64,000 nt of DNA, taken from Octopus sinensis (Eukaryota). The stretch lies in assembly GCF_006345805.1 (NCBI RefSeq), contig NC_043010.1, positions 39,556,001-39,620,000 of the forward strand, written 5' to 3'. Under the pieces are notes generated by a model. The model did no database searches. It was not told where the DNA came from and saw nothing but the letters and a program-made list of their open reading frames with translations. The position numbers and the translations under genes were made by a program. Position 1 is the stretch's first letter, and every line of letters begins with the position of its first letter. Positions 13,377-27,373 of the stretch are shown piece after piece.

Positions 13377-14461
13377 ATATATGTATGTATGTATGTATGT
13401 ATGCATGTATGTCAGAGCAAGCAGGATATTAGGTCAGGTGAACCCAAACTTGAATGAAAGAGAAAAGAAAATACACTGTATATATGTCAGATTAAAGTGA
13501 GATAACCACACAGAATAATATGAGAGTACATATGAATAATGCTGAGAAATATATGAGCATCGCATTTCTTCGGTCGAAATAGTTCTTCAATCGTCCGTAA
13601 AAATTAATGTATATTAACACTACAATTGTTTCAGATAATATGAATTTAACGGAGAATATTTATTATAAACACACATATGCGTACGTAAAAGCAATCATAC
13701 ATATGAACGCAAAAACACAGACTCTCCATCTCTCTCTCTCACACACACACATATGCGCGTGTGGCATTTGCATATGCATATCTCTTATGCATATCAGTAC
13801 ATATGTATGTATAGGTATACACATATCAATATACACACATACATATCTGTATGTTTATATATGTATATATATGTATGTGTATGTATATGCATATATTTAC
13901 TCACACACATATTTATATATACTTATACATATATGTACAAATATATACACATACATACATACATGCATACATATTCTTACTTATACAATACATACAAATA
14001 CATTGGTATAAAGAGAAGTTTTGAAAGAGGCATAAATATAGTTAATATATACACACATATACACGAGTATTTTCTTGCAATTCGTGATGATATATGTAGC
14101 TCTTCGGTCTACACGTGTGTGTATATTTGAGGCTATACACACAGGTGTATGTGAGTGTTCCTGCGTGTATACGTGTAGGTATGGATCTATATATGTATAT
14201 AATTGAAAACGGAGAAGAGAGTTGAGATTTATTCACATCCAAAAGTTTTTTATTAAACGGTTTCTACGGCATATATAACAATGAGCAGCATATGTTTCAA
14301 ATGCAGCAACTGCACATTGCTCTCTATGTTAATTATGCATCCTAGTCGCTGCAATTTCAAGGGACCAACAGTACGGGTTTTCAAAGTGAACCAATTCAAA
14401 CAAGCTTCCTGAGTTGGTATGTGCGCACGCGTTTTGTCGCGAGTGTGTGAGTGTGTGAGTA

Positions 14462-14493
<32 letters not shown>

Positions 14494-14863
14494 TGCGAGT
14501 ATGTGTGAATGAGTGTGTGTGCATGTATGCGTGTGTGTGTAGATAGAGATTCATAGATAAAGAGAGAGAGTGAGAGAAAGAAGGAGAAATATATACTTAG
14601 ATAAATAAATGTATATATATCTAGACAGATAGATATATTGACATATACATGAAGATACACACATACACACACACATAGATAAGATTTTCATACCCACATA
14701 GCAACTGTTGAGAGTGTTAGTCGGTATTTAGTGTTTGATTCCGGTCTAAAAACTCAAAATTAATTCTACCGCGGTGATCCCACCATACACACAACTTAAT
14801 CTTTTTTCAATGGAGCTCAGCCTTTGAGGCAACTTGTGGGGATATATCCCAATCAATTACTCT

Positions 14864-15257
14864 CTTTTCTCTTTTACTCTTTTACTTGTTTCAGTCATTT
14901 GACTGCGGCCATGCTGGAGCACCGCCTTTAGTCGAGCAAATCAACCCCGGGACTTATTCTTTGTAAGCCCAGTACTTATTCTATCAGTCTCTTTTGCCGA
15001 ACCGCTAAGTGACGGGGACGTAAACACACCAGCATCGGTTGTCAAGCAATGCTAGGGGGACAAACACAGACACACAAACACACACACATATACATATATA
15101 CGACAGGCTTCTTTCAGTTTCCGTCTACCAAATCCACTCACAAGGCATTGGTCGGCCCGGGGCTATAGAAGACACTTGCCCAAGATGCCACGCAGTGGGA
15201 CTGAACCCGGAACCATGTGGTTGGTTAGCAAGCTACTTACCACACAGCCACTCCTGC
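14864..15257 (-). mobile_element. SINE family A, full length
   Basis: Near-identical reverse complement of the 9548 copy. Confidence 0.92.
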
Positions 15258-16050
15258 CTTTTGCGTTGAACATTTTCATAAAAGACCCATTTTCTATCAC
15301 TTATAATGATATTCTTGAGAAGCAGGTAATTTCTCTTCCTTGACAGAAACATTATCGTTAGAGACATGCGATCTTTCCTATTCTTTTTCCTAAGAGTACG
15401 TGGAACTTGAACACCCATCTTGCTGACTTATCCTATCTCTTACGAGTATTGGCAGCTGGTGGTGACGTGTTGAGGTCAATTGCTAATTTCCGAGTAATTT
15501 TACGAGTATTGAGTTTCATTGAATTCCATTAATTCACTCGAAGTCTGATAAGCATCGTGGTCTCAGTTGGTCTCTCAACGACAAAGCTCCGGAGCGATCT
15601 GTCTTTATGTTCTGAGTTCAAATTTCGCCGAAGTTATCTTTGCTTTTCATCCTTCCGGGCTCGATAAATTCAGTACCAGTTGAATACTGGAGCCGTTCTA
15701 ATCGACTGGCCTCCTCCCCAAAAAATTTCGTGCCCTGTGCCTAGAGTAGAAAAAAATTACAAAGTTCTGGAGCGAAACTTTGATAACCAATTTCACACTT
15801 GCCATTCAGTAAAGAGTCCCTGGCCATAACCACTGCATATTTTCTTAGTTGCTTCTGTAGTGTTTTATTCCATTCTCAAACACCCACATCACATTTAATC
15901 TCGGAAGCATTTTATCGGAATTTATGTCATACTATGTGTCACTGTGTCCCAGACAGGTTTGAAGAATGTTACGTACACGAATGAACCTGTTTGAGCATTT
16001 ACGAGATTAAACAAACTAAAATATAGGTAAACTTTCGAGTGTAAACCGAA
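15258..16050 (-). mobile_element. Decayed mariner fragment, interrupted by SINE C and cut by SINE A
   Basis: Minus-strand VSKMGVQVPRTL (decayed WVPHEL) and LKNIIISDRKWVFYENVQRKRQ (ITGDEKW motif). Confidence 0.78.
15598..15758 (+). mobile_element. SINE family C (Meta/MESC-like domain), 5'-truncated
   Basis: gagttcaaatttcgccgaag...ttttcatccttccgggctcgataaattcagtacc; 17-bp imperfect TSD acaaagctccggagcga (15581) / acaaagttctggagcga (15759). Confidence 0.85.
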
Positions 16051-16732
16051 TTTGGAGCTACATATACATACGTATATATATATATATATATACGTCGGAA
16101 CTGTTTATTTATTTTTTTTTGTTTTTGCAAATGTATCAAAAAATTCTTTAGTATGTAAACTCACTTATCAATGCACAAAGATAATCTATATTTGCCTGAA
16201 TATTTACATCATCATACCACATCATTTTAGAATGTAAAATTATGTGGCATGATGTCATTTACTTCAATAGATAGATTTAATGGCATGTTTACCAGTGACT
16301 GCTCATTCGAACTTTTTTGCCGTTACGAAGAAATAGTTATTTCGTAAGACAAGCAATACATGTGCGCATTTGTTTTATCGCATTAATAATTCTTATAGGA
16401 CAAACTTTTTACATAATACTTGCAATAAAATTTTCATAGAAAAGTACATTAACTTCAGACGTTTAATAGATAGTGGATACAAAAACATCACACACACTGG
16501 TACGGACGCACACACACACACTGAGAAACACACGCAATCATACACTAACACAGGCGTAGATACCCAACACACATGCAAAATGCAAATACTGTCAGACATA
16601 TGCAATAATGTACACTTGCAAACGCAAAGTTATATGAATAAATGTGTGTATATATATGTGTGTGTTCATATATATATATATATATAATATATATATATAC
16701 ATGTATGTACATGTATATATATATATATATAT

Positions 16733-16799
<67 letters not shown>

Positions 16800-17494
16800 A
16801 CATATATATGCATACATACATATGCGTGTGTCCGCGTGTGTTTATGTGAAAATGTGTGTATGTACACATATCTTTGTCTATATATAGGTATATATGTGTG
16901 TGTCCATTTGTGTGAGTATGCGTATGTGTGTGTATATGTGTGTGTCTGTGTGTGCACATATGTTCTAAGTACTATGCTTCTTTATGCCCCGTGACCTTAG
17001 CAATTTCGCAGTAAATAAATATCTATGCAAATTCAGACACAATTATATAGTTGAATTGTAGAGGAGTGCCTTAAAATTAAGAGCCATCATCCAAGCATGG
17101 CTACATTATAAAATATGAAGCACGAAGGAGATTAACGTGATACACACAATGGTGCAGGCTTTCCCTAGTAGTAGAGAGCCTTCGTTTGCAACTATGTGTT
17201 CTCAGTCCCCTTGCGCGGGAAATTGGGTACTCGATCTCTAATATAGCCTCGCACCGACCAATTGTTTACCTGTAACTTTATTGATTGAGATGGTACTTAA
17301 GTTGAGGCAACAGAATTTAGTACGGTATTAGCCATACAATTTCAAAGTAAGGTGACAAAAATCAATATAGGCAACAAGGATATGCAGAGGTAATGCAGTA
17401 CGATCGTTTCCTGCAAATCCATTTAATTGAACAATGCAATCATTACATCAATTTAAAATGAAGAGCAATCTTTAGCTGCACAAAAATATAGAGT

Positions 17495-17995
17495 TTAATT
17501 AAATTAGAACAGAAGGAAACTTTAGTATATTTATTCCCCAAATCTCCATGAAGTTAAGGAGGTAGACAAAGAACATGCTGCCTCATTCCAGTTTAGATAA
17601 CTTTGATAGGTTTCCACGCAGTATAAGCCCAGGCTAATAGCACCACCTGGTGTAGTCTTGTATTCATACATGGGAACCATGGCCCACTCTAGCAAACAGT
17701 TATTATTGTCGGAGACATATTCGCGTGTAGGAGGTTGGTCCGGAATTATTTGAAGAAATTTGTCCAGTGAACTTTTGAATTTTATGAGATCCGTTTACGT
17801 TTTGACATATTTTAGTATGGTGTTAAAAAGGGCTGGACTGGTTAAGGTAAAGGGGTCGTGACGTAATGTTGTTATATGTCCTGAGTTTGATTTTTGTAGT
17901 TGGCGGATAGCAGGGGATCATGTCTCGAATCGATTTTAAAACTGATGCCAACATCAATTGTGCAATATTGATGGAACATATTACACATCAAACAA
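17495..17995 (-). mobile_element. CR1/L2-group LINE 3' end
   Basis: Minus-strand KFKSSLDKFLQIIPDQPPTREY, a typical CR1-group C-terminus, followed by a 3' UTR-like segment. Confidence 0.72.
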
Positions 17996-18011
17996 ATGAG
18001 ATGTATGTATG

Positions 18012-18102
<91 letters not shown>

Positions 18103-18104
18103 AT

Positions 18105-18426
18105 GCTTCCAGTTGCTCCCACCAACGAAACAGCCTGCTCGTGAAATTAACGTGCAACTGGCTGAGCACTCCACACATAAGTGTGCCCTTAAAGTAGTTC
18201 TTGGTGAAATTCAGTGCAAGACAGTGTGTGACAAGGCCTGTTCTTTGAAATTGAGGTACACCAGCAACAGAAATAAACAGTGAGAGAAAGTTCTGGTGAA
18301 GGAGTACAGCAGGGCTTGCCACCACCACCTGCCGGAACATCGTGGAGCCTTAGGTGTTTTCGTTCAATAAACATTCACAACGCCCGGTCTGGCAATCGAA
18401 ACCGCGATCCAACGACCGCCTCCACA
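18105..18426 (-). mobile_element. SINE family B
   Basis: Reverse complement of the 7126 copy, with a deletion in the head. Confidence 0.88.
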
Positions 18427-18974
18427 TGAATATATGTGTGTGTGTATGTGTGTGTGTGTGTGCGCGTGTAATGTGTAATGGTGTCTGTCTATGTGTATGT
18501 TTGGAGTTACTTTAACTCCTTCCACACCGTCCAAACCATTTTTATGATTTTTGGCACATAGGTAGATCACATGCCATGAAGTTCAAAAGACGGCGGGAAT
18601 TTTTCGAAAACTCCATAATGCTCAGTTGGCATCGATGTTTGAGAACTCAATCGGGCGTTTGACTGGAAATTCCCATAACGATAGATATAACATCTTAATG
18701 GGTAATAGTTGGCACGGGGAACGTAGAAGATATCAATACAAGGTCAGATGTGAACTTCAACACGGAAAACTCGAGCAACACGAGCAACATCGGGTCCAAC
18801 AGCTTGCCACTTAAGTTCGATATTTATATAACGATCTTATCTTTATTTATATAAATTTATATTTTTATTTCGTCATTATATTCACTGCGGTGATATATTT
18901 TACCATATCGCACGAGGAGTTTAAGGCGGGCAATTTAAACACTCGGCGTAATGAGGGATTTCGCCCACCACCAC

Positions 18975-19075
18975 TCCAAGGATTTGCACGGCTATAGAAG
19001 ACACTTACCTAAAGTGCCACGCAGTTTTACTGAACCCGGAACCGTATGGTTGGGAGCAAGCTTCATACCTCACAG
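18975..19075 (-). mobile_element. SINE family A head fragment
   Basis: ggctatagaagacacttacctaaagtgccacgcag...gaacccggaaccgtatggtt. Confidence 0.75.
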
Positions 19076-19542
19076 GTTATATATATAGATTTTTATTTTT
19101 CACTTTAATCGAGAATTCTTTTGTAAACGGTAGCTTTTAAAGCACAACTATATTTTCTTTTCATCAACTATATAACATCACGTCTACTTGTTTCAGAATG
19201 ATGACTGTTTTTAATATGTTTTGCAAAAATTTAAAGAAACATATCTACTTTACGACACGTTTGACGATCATTTGTATTTGTATCTTTAAGTAGTTTAAAA
19301 GAAGCAGTCAGATAGGAAGACAACATTCGCAGTTTACATGATTTTTTATTCGTCTAATCTAACTCTTATTCAACATAGACTTACATAATAATACTTCCGA
19401 TAAGATTTTGCTAGCTATTTACATAGACATTGAATAGGTATAATACATTGCGGAAATGAACATACAACCAACCTACACAAACATCGTAGAAAAATGTTCA
19501 AACACACGTACCCTATACACACACACACACACACACACACAT

Positions 19543-19627
<85 letters not shown>

Positions 19628-19802
19628 GTATTATGTTATATATAATATATATATGTATATATATATATAATATATATATAATATATATTATATATATATA
19701 TATATACATATAAATATATATATATATATAATATATAATATATATCTATATACATATAAATATATATATAATATATATATATAATGTATGTATGTTATAT
19801 AA

Positions 19803-19878
<76 letters not shown>

Positions 19879-19986
19879 TATATAATATTATATATATATA
19901 GTAGGTCCCGGGTTGATTCGGGGTTAACCACAGTAAATAAGGTACTCAATACATAGCAGAGTAAAATTCATTTATTATATAGAAGG

Positions 19987-20036
19987 AGCTTCTACAGACT
20001 AGAACTGTTTCATTCAAGAGAAATCTTCAGGAAGCT
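19987..20036 (-). ncRNA. Minimal type I hammerhead ribozyme
   Basis: Reverse complement agcttc-CUGAAGA-tttctcttgaat-GAAA-cag(ttctagt)ctg-UA-gaagct; stem I agcttc/gaagct, stem II ttc/gaa, stem III cag/ctg, cleavage triplet GUA. Confidence 0.85.
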
Positions 20037-21054
20037 AGTTAACAAGAATTGTATTGGCATTTTACATTTAGGCAGGTTTAACGGGGTGTTGGTGGGGGAC
20101 TTTTTGGGGGTAGGCATAGCGCAAAATATCTACTTGGGGGAGTGGTCAAGGAGTCAGTGTTAATTAGATAGAATAATAAATAAAAAAATAAAAAAATAAA
20201 AAATAAAAAAACCTATATATAAAAAAAAGGGGGAATAGAGTTTTAGGTAAATAAGGAGATTCTCACTTATACCTATGCACACATGTATACATACATACAC
20301 ACACATACAAACATATATACATATACATACACACATACATACACACACATATATATACATATATATACACTTACACATACACGTACATATACATATCTAC
20401 ACATACACATATATGTATACATACACACACTCACATGCATACACGTATACACACACGACCTCACATACATATACGCACAGAAAAATATATATACACATAC
20501 ACACACATATACTCACATACACGCATACACACACATATCCACACACACACATGCACACACAGCACACTAGTCCCTATATATACATATATATACACATACA
20601 CACACATATACACACACATACATATACATACATGTATATATATACATATGTGTACCTATGCAAACCTACACATACACACATATATATACACATACAAATA
20701 CAGACCCATTCCCTAATTTTAATTTTATTATCTTCGTTATTACTTTTGTTATCTTTGGCCGCTTGGTCACAACATCTTGGCTATGACAGCCAGTCCATTT
20801 ATCTGTCTACTGGAAAACAAGCACTCATTCACTCACGCACACTCTTTAGCACGTACTCTCACTCATTCGTACACTCATACACATACACGCACGCACGCGT
20901 TATATTCATACATACATCCATCTACATACATTCACGTATATACACATACGTACGCGTACCTACAGATTTATGTCTACACTCTTAGAAGGCTAGTCTATAT
21001 ATATACACCAATAAATATAAATACACACACATACATATACACCTACATACAAAT

Positions 21055-21088
<34 letters not shown>

Positions 21089-21487
21089 ACATTCACATAT
21101 ATATATACACATATATACACACACACACACATACACACACATACGCATACACACACATATACATATATATACACTACACGCACATACACATGTACATGCG
21201 TACCCATACACACACACACACGCGCGCATCCATATATACACATAAGTACACACATGCGTAAAAGTATACATATATCTATGCTTACACATACACACACACA
21301 CGCGCGCCTCCTTATATTCATACTTACATGCATACTCAAAAAATAAGTAAATAGTAAAATATATATACGCGCAGTTATTCGTACATGCATACTCAAAAAA
21401 TAAATAATAAATATTAAGTATATGTACGTGCAGTTACCTATTATATAGACGGTTACATACATATAACTTACACACACACATATATAT

Positions 21488-21547
<60 letters not shown>

Positions 21548-21616
21548 CAACATATATACACATACGCATACACATACATATATACATACATATATATATA
21601 CACAATATATAGATAT

Positions 21617-22518
21617 ACACAATATATAGATATTAATTCCAACCACCCCAAAAATATATTAGATAACCTAGTAAAAAGTGTCTCAATTAGAATTTCTAGC
21701 CTGTCCGCCACGGAAGATATCTTTAAGGCCGCAGCCCCCTATTACAACGAGGCCCTGGCCCGCAGTGGCTTCAAAGATAAGATTACCTATACTAGTATAG
21801 CCCCACGCCAACCCAGGAAAAATAGACGAAGACACATTAGCTGGTACAACCCCCCCTTCAACCGTGAGGTCGCTACACCTGTAAAGCAAAAATCTTCTTC
21901 ACTCTCCTACAGAACACTTCCCCACCCAACATAAGTACTACACTATCCTAAATAAGAACACTATTAGACTCTCCTACTCTACCACGCCATCTAGCCAGGA
22001 ACCTAGCCAACAACAATGTGAAAAAACTTAACATATCTACTTTTTCCGAGGCCCATCCAACGTCCGATAGCAATTGCAACTTCCCTGATAAAACCACCTG
22101 CCCCCTCAACAACAACTGCCTACAGAGGGACCTAGTATATACATGCGAGGTAAGATCAGGCCCTGACGATAAAAGAAAATCCTACGTAGGAATGACGTCA
22201 AACAGCTTTAAGACCCGTTGGTACGCACACACACACTCGTTCCGGCGACAGAATAAATCCAACCAAACTACCCTCGCCGCCCACATCTGTTACCTTAAAA
22301 GGAACTCCATCCCCTTCAAGACCAAGTGGAAACTACTACAGAAGGCGCGCTCGTACACAGGATGCCATACCTGCTGTGACCTCTGCATATCGGAGAGCCT
22401 AGAGATCTTGTTCGCCAAAGGCCCTCTCCTTAACAAAATCTCAGAACACTCCCCAAATTGTATGCATAAGAAGTATGCGAACTACAAGAACTATAGACCT
22501 ACCCGGCAACCAGATTGA
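21617..22518 (+). pseudogene. PLE polyprotein C-terminus: RT thumb/linker plus GIY-YIG endonuclease
   Basis: QYIDINSNHPKNIL...RISSLSATEDIFKAAAPYYNEALARSGF...RHISWYNPPFN...HFPTQHKYYTILNKNTIRLSYST (about 3 single-base shifts at 21885-22010), then the open frame CNFPDKTTCPLNNNCL...LVY...YVGMT...FKTRW..H...CDLCISE...LLNK...CMH. Confidence 0.92.
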
Positions 22519-23010
22519 TGACACCCCACCCACAAACCCCCCCCAAAACCCACCGTTCCCCTAGCACCCCCGATTACTTTTTCTCCTAAGACCTCTCACA
22601 TATTGTATGTGCACGCTTGTATATGTGTATCATGTGTGTATGCATATGTATGTGTATATGTATGTGTGTATGTATGTGTATGTATGTATAAAATATTATA
22701 TAATTAGGGCTTAGTGAAATGGATTGCTTTGCCGCATACTGAACCTTCTAGAAATAGCAGCCAAAAAAGTTTTTTAGCCTCTTCCACCACTTAGAGAATA
22801 TTTTCCCTCAGACATTGTTTACTCATAAAAATAATGGTCCTTTTACATACTGAATACTTGGTGAAATTGATTAATAACTAATTAATTTTACCCTCAATTG
22901 TTGATATATGTATGTGTGTGTATATATATGTGGGTGTATGTGTATATGTACATGTATGTATATGTGTATGTATGTATGTATGTATATATATGTGTGTATA
23001 TATATATGTA

Positions 23011-23064
<54 letters not shown>

Positions 23065-23326
23065 TATATGTATGTGTGTGTATATGTGTATTATGTATGT
23101 GTATGTTTATGTATATGTATGTATATGTATATGTATATGTATGTGTGTGTGTATATGTATGTATGTGTATATATATGAGTGTACGCGAGTATGTCGATGT
23201 ATATGTACGTATGTACAGTTATGTGTATGTGCAGGTATGTGAGTGTAGATACAAATTGTAGATGTGTATATATGTGTGTGTGTGTATATATACATGTATA
23301 TAGGTATATGTATGTGTGTGTATATG

Positions 23327-23365
<39 letters not shown>

Positions 23366-23454
23366 GCGAGTATGTAGAGATATAAGTATGTGCATGTGTA
23401 TATGTATATGTGTGTATATGTATGTATGGGTATGTGTATGTGTATGTATGTATG

Positions 23455-23487
<33 letters not shown>

Positions 23488-23726
23488 GTATGCATATACG
23501 TATGTATGTATGTATGTATGTATGTATATGTGTATGTATATATGTGTGTAAGTGTGTGTATATATGTAAATGTAAGTGTGTCTGCTTGTATGAGAATGTA
23601 TGTATGTTTGCACACATGTATATATGTGTGTGTATGTGTATATGTATATGTATATGTGTATATGTGTGTGTATATGTATGTATATGTGCATGTATGTGTG
23701 TACGTATGTGTGTGTGTGTGTATATA

Positions 23727-23799
<73 letters not shown>

Positions 23800-24097
23800 G
23801 CGTATATGTATGTATATATATATATATATATGTGTGTGGTGTGTATACATGTGTGTATGTGTATGTATGTATGTATATATATGCATGTGTATGTGTATGT
23901 GTATATGTACATATGCGCGTACGCTCGTGTGTTTATGCATATGTAGGTACGTAGAGTTATCTATGTTGTATTTATATGTACATGTGTGTAAGTATGTATA
24001 TATATGTATATATGTATGTGTATGTGTGTGTGTATATATATATGTTGTATATATGTATGTGTATGTGTATGTGTATATATGTATAGTTATATATATA

Positions 24098-24151
<54 letters not shown>

Positions 24152-24531
24152 TGTGTAAGTTTATATGTATGTATCCGTCTATATAATAGGTAACTGCACG
24201 TACATGTACTTAATATTTATTATTTATTTTTTGAGTATGCATGTACGAATAACTGCGCGTATATATATTTTACTATTTACTTATTTTTTGAGTATGCATG
24301 TAAGTATGAATATAAGGAGGCGCGTATGTGTGTGTGTATGTGTAAGCATAGATATATGTATACTTTTACGCATGTGTGTACTTATGTGTATATATGGATG
24401 CGCGCGTGTGTGTGTGTGTGTATGGGTACGCATGTACATGTGTATGTGCGTGTAGTGTATATATATGTATATGTGTGTGTATGCGTATGTGTGTATATGT
24501 GTGTGTGTGTATATATGTGTATATATATATG

Positions 24532-24578
<47 letters not shown>

Positions 24579-25657
24579 ATTTGTATGTAGGTGTATATGT
24601 ATGTGTGTGTATTTATATTTATTGGTGTATATATATAGACTAGCCTTCTAAGAGTGTAGACATAAATCTGTAGGTACGCGTACGTATGTGTATATACGTG
24701 AATGTATGTAGATGGATGTATGTATGAATATAACGCGTGCGTGCGTGTATGTGTATGAGTGTACGAATGAGTGAGAGTACGTGCTAAAGAGTGTGCGTGA
24801 GTGAATGAGTGCTTTTTTCCAGTAGACAGATAAATGGATTGGCTGTCATAGCCAAGATGTTTGTGACCAAGCGGCCAAAGATAACAAAAGTAATAAACGA
24901 AGATAATAAAATTAAAATTAGGGAATGGGTCTGTATTTGTATGTGTATATATATGTGTGTATGTGTAGGTTTGCATAGGTACACATATGTATATATATAC
25001 ATGTATGTATATGTATGTATGTGTGTGTATATGTGTGTGTATGTGTATATATATGTATATATAGGGACTAGTGTGCTGTGTGTGCATGTGTGTGTGTGGA
25101 TATGTGTGTGTATGCGTGTATGTGAGTATATGTGTGTGTATGTGTATATATATTTTTCTGTGCGTATATGTATGTGAGGTCGTGTGTGTATATATACATG
25201 TGTGTATACGTGTATGCATGTGAGTGTGTGTATGTATACATATATGTGTATGTGTAGATACGTATATGTATGTGTATGTGTAAGTGTATATATATGTATA
25301 TATATGTGTGTGTATGTATGTGTGTATGTATATGTATATATGTTTTTGTATGTGTGTGTATGTGTATACATGTGTGCATAGGTATAAGTGAGAATCTCCT
25401 ATTTACCTAAAACTCTATTCCTCCTTTTTTTTATATATAGGTTTTTTATATATAGGTTTTTTTATTTTTTTATTTTTTTATTTTATTTTTTTATTTTTTT
25501 ATTTTTTTATTTATTCTTCTATCTAATTTAACACTGACTCCTTGACCACTCCCCCAAGTATGATATTTTGCGCTATGCCTACCCCCAAAAAATTCCCCCA
25601 CCAACACCCCGTTAAACCTGCCTAAATGTATAAATGCCAATACAATTCTTGTTAACT

Positions 25658-25708
25658 AGCTTCCTGAAGATTTCTCTTGAATGAAACAGTTCTAGTCCTG
25701 TAGAAGCT
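25658..25708 (+). ncRNA. Minimal type I hammerhead ribozyme
   Basis: agcttc CUGAAGA tttctcttgaat GAAA cag ttctagtc ctg UA gaagct; all core nucleotides present; predicted cut after 25702. Confidence 0.85.
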
Positions 25709-25719
25709 CCTTCTATATA

Positions 25720-25764
<45 letters not shown>

Positions 25765-26089
25765 GCAACACAAGTGAGGTATGGAACAAGTGTGTGTAAC
25801 TGATGATGTTAATGCACTTGTTTTATTGGATATTGTCCGACTTTTGTCACCCGGACCAGCTACATCAATGTTCGAAGCTTACTAAATTACTAACTTTCAA
25901 CACTTTCCTATTAATGTGAACACATCAGGTTGATGTATTGAATTCCTCTGCCATGGTCACGCATGGAACCTTGTGGGTGGAGAAATGACCATACTCTCCA
26001 TAATTAATCTCAAGCACTGCTATAAACAATTGAAGTGACTAATAAGGTTATATCTTAGTATACGAATAGTATTACTTATATAAATAGTA

Positions 26090-26202
26090 GAGGCGCAATA
26101 GCCCGGTAGTTTAGGCACCGGACTCGCGTGCGTCCGATCGCGGTTTCGATTCCCAGACCGGTCGTTGAAAGTGTTTATTGAGCGAAAACGCCTAAGGCTT
26201 CA
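26090..26202 (+). mobile_element. SINE family B head
   Basis: aggcgcaatagcccggtagtttagg...ttcgattcccagaccgg...gtgtttattgagcgaaaac. Confidence 0.8.
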
Positions 26203-26534
26203 GGTTCGTGTGTCATATAGCTAGCTAGAAATCTTGTACCATGATTTTTTTTTATATCAAGACTTCTCATATACCCCTCGTATTTATATGTATGTGTGTA
26301 TAGGTATATATATATCTTCAGACAATAGCTGTCTCAAGTAGTCGCCTAAATCGAGTGGGAAACTGATTGGTAAAATGAATTAATATTTACATTTCGCTGC
26401 ACAGTAGATTTTGAAAAAGTTAGGACGCATAAACACGAGGCAAGTGGTTTTGATCGTCTCGTGTGTATATGTTTAACCCTAGGTGGGACTGCTGAAGAGG
26501 AATCACACCTATATGGTTGAAGTATAAATATCAA

Positions 26535-27181
26535 TAAAGAATGGTGGTTCAACAATGCATCAATATCTACTGGAAAGAGCAGTCGATAATATACGACATT
26601 ATAATAAAGCTTCATTGTATATACTGGCAAAGATGCGTTCGGGCGCGAAAATCAGAAATTTCATCTGACCCGGAGGAAGAACATGAAGTAACGGTCCTAA
26701 CCAGATGTCGATAATATAGTACCTTGATTTCAAACTCTTCAAGATACGTTTGCTAACGTAAACTTGATTAGTTCTCTTTTGCTAGATTTACCAGAACATA
26801 ATTTCAAATGTTGCCACATCAATGGCATTATACTCGCTTAAACGCCTAACCGCTAACAGTTAGCGAGAATAGTGAAAAAGTTTACAAAGAAAATGTGGCA
26901 TCATTTGTAATTTTGTTCTTGTAAATCCAGCTGAAGAGAACTAATCAAGTTCACGTTAACAAACATATCGTGAAGAGTTTGAAGCCTAGGTCTTAGATTA
27001 CCCACATCGGGGTTAGACATTTAAATCATTTTCTTCCTACATGTAAGATGAAATTTCTTATGGTCGCCGCCAACACACATCTTTGCCAGTATATACAGTG
27101 AAGCTTTCTTATAGCGTCGTATATTATCAACTGCTATTTCCGGTAAATATTAGTGCATTGTTCTACCACCATTCTATATTT

Positions 27182-27182
<1 letters not shown>
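26535..27182. repeat. ~650 bp imperfect palindrome (foldback or MITE-like)
   Basis: Arms ~26535-26820 and ~26890-27182 are diverged reverse complements (aacttgattagttctctt / aagagaactaatcaagtt); the mirrored ORFs MPVYTMKLY.. and MPVYTVKLS.. come from this. Confidence 0.85.
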
Positions 27183-27222
<40 letters not shown>

Positions 27223-27251
27223 ATGTATGTATGTATGTATGTATATATATA

Positions 27252-27373
<122 letters not shown>

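Larger units (their letters stand above)
19901..25725 (+). mobile_element. Penelope-like element (Naiad-like): inverted pLTR, 5'-truncated RT-thumb/GIY-YIG ORF, microsatellite-rich 3' region and pLTR
   Basis: Arms 19970-~21600 and ~24000-25725 are reverse complements; each carries an HHR; coding remnant at 21617-22518; both ends lie in (TA)n. Confidence 0.88.

Noticed and set aside
22018-22870. Selenocysteine/SECIS recoding as reported for some Naiad PLEs
   Set aside because: No in-frame TGA in the endonuclease ORF; Cys codons are standard; no SECIS identified by eye
22871-25381. Long YI/HT/CV-rich ORFs (up to 312 aa) here and throughout the window
   Set aside because: Stop-free frames of dinucleotide and tetranucleotide repeats, open on both strands
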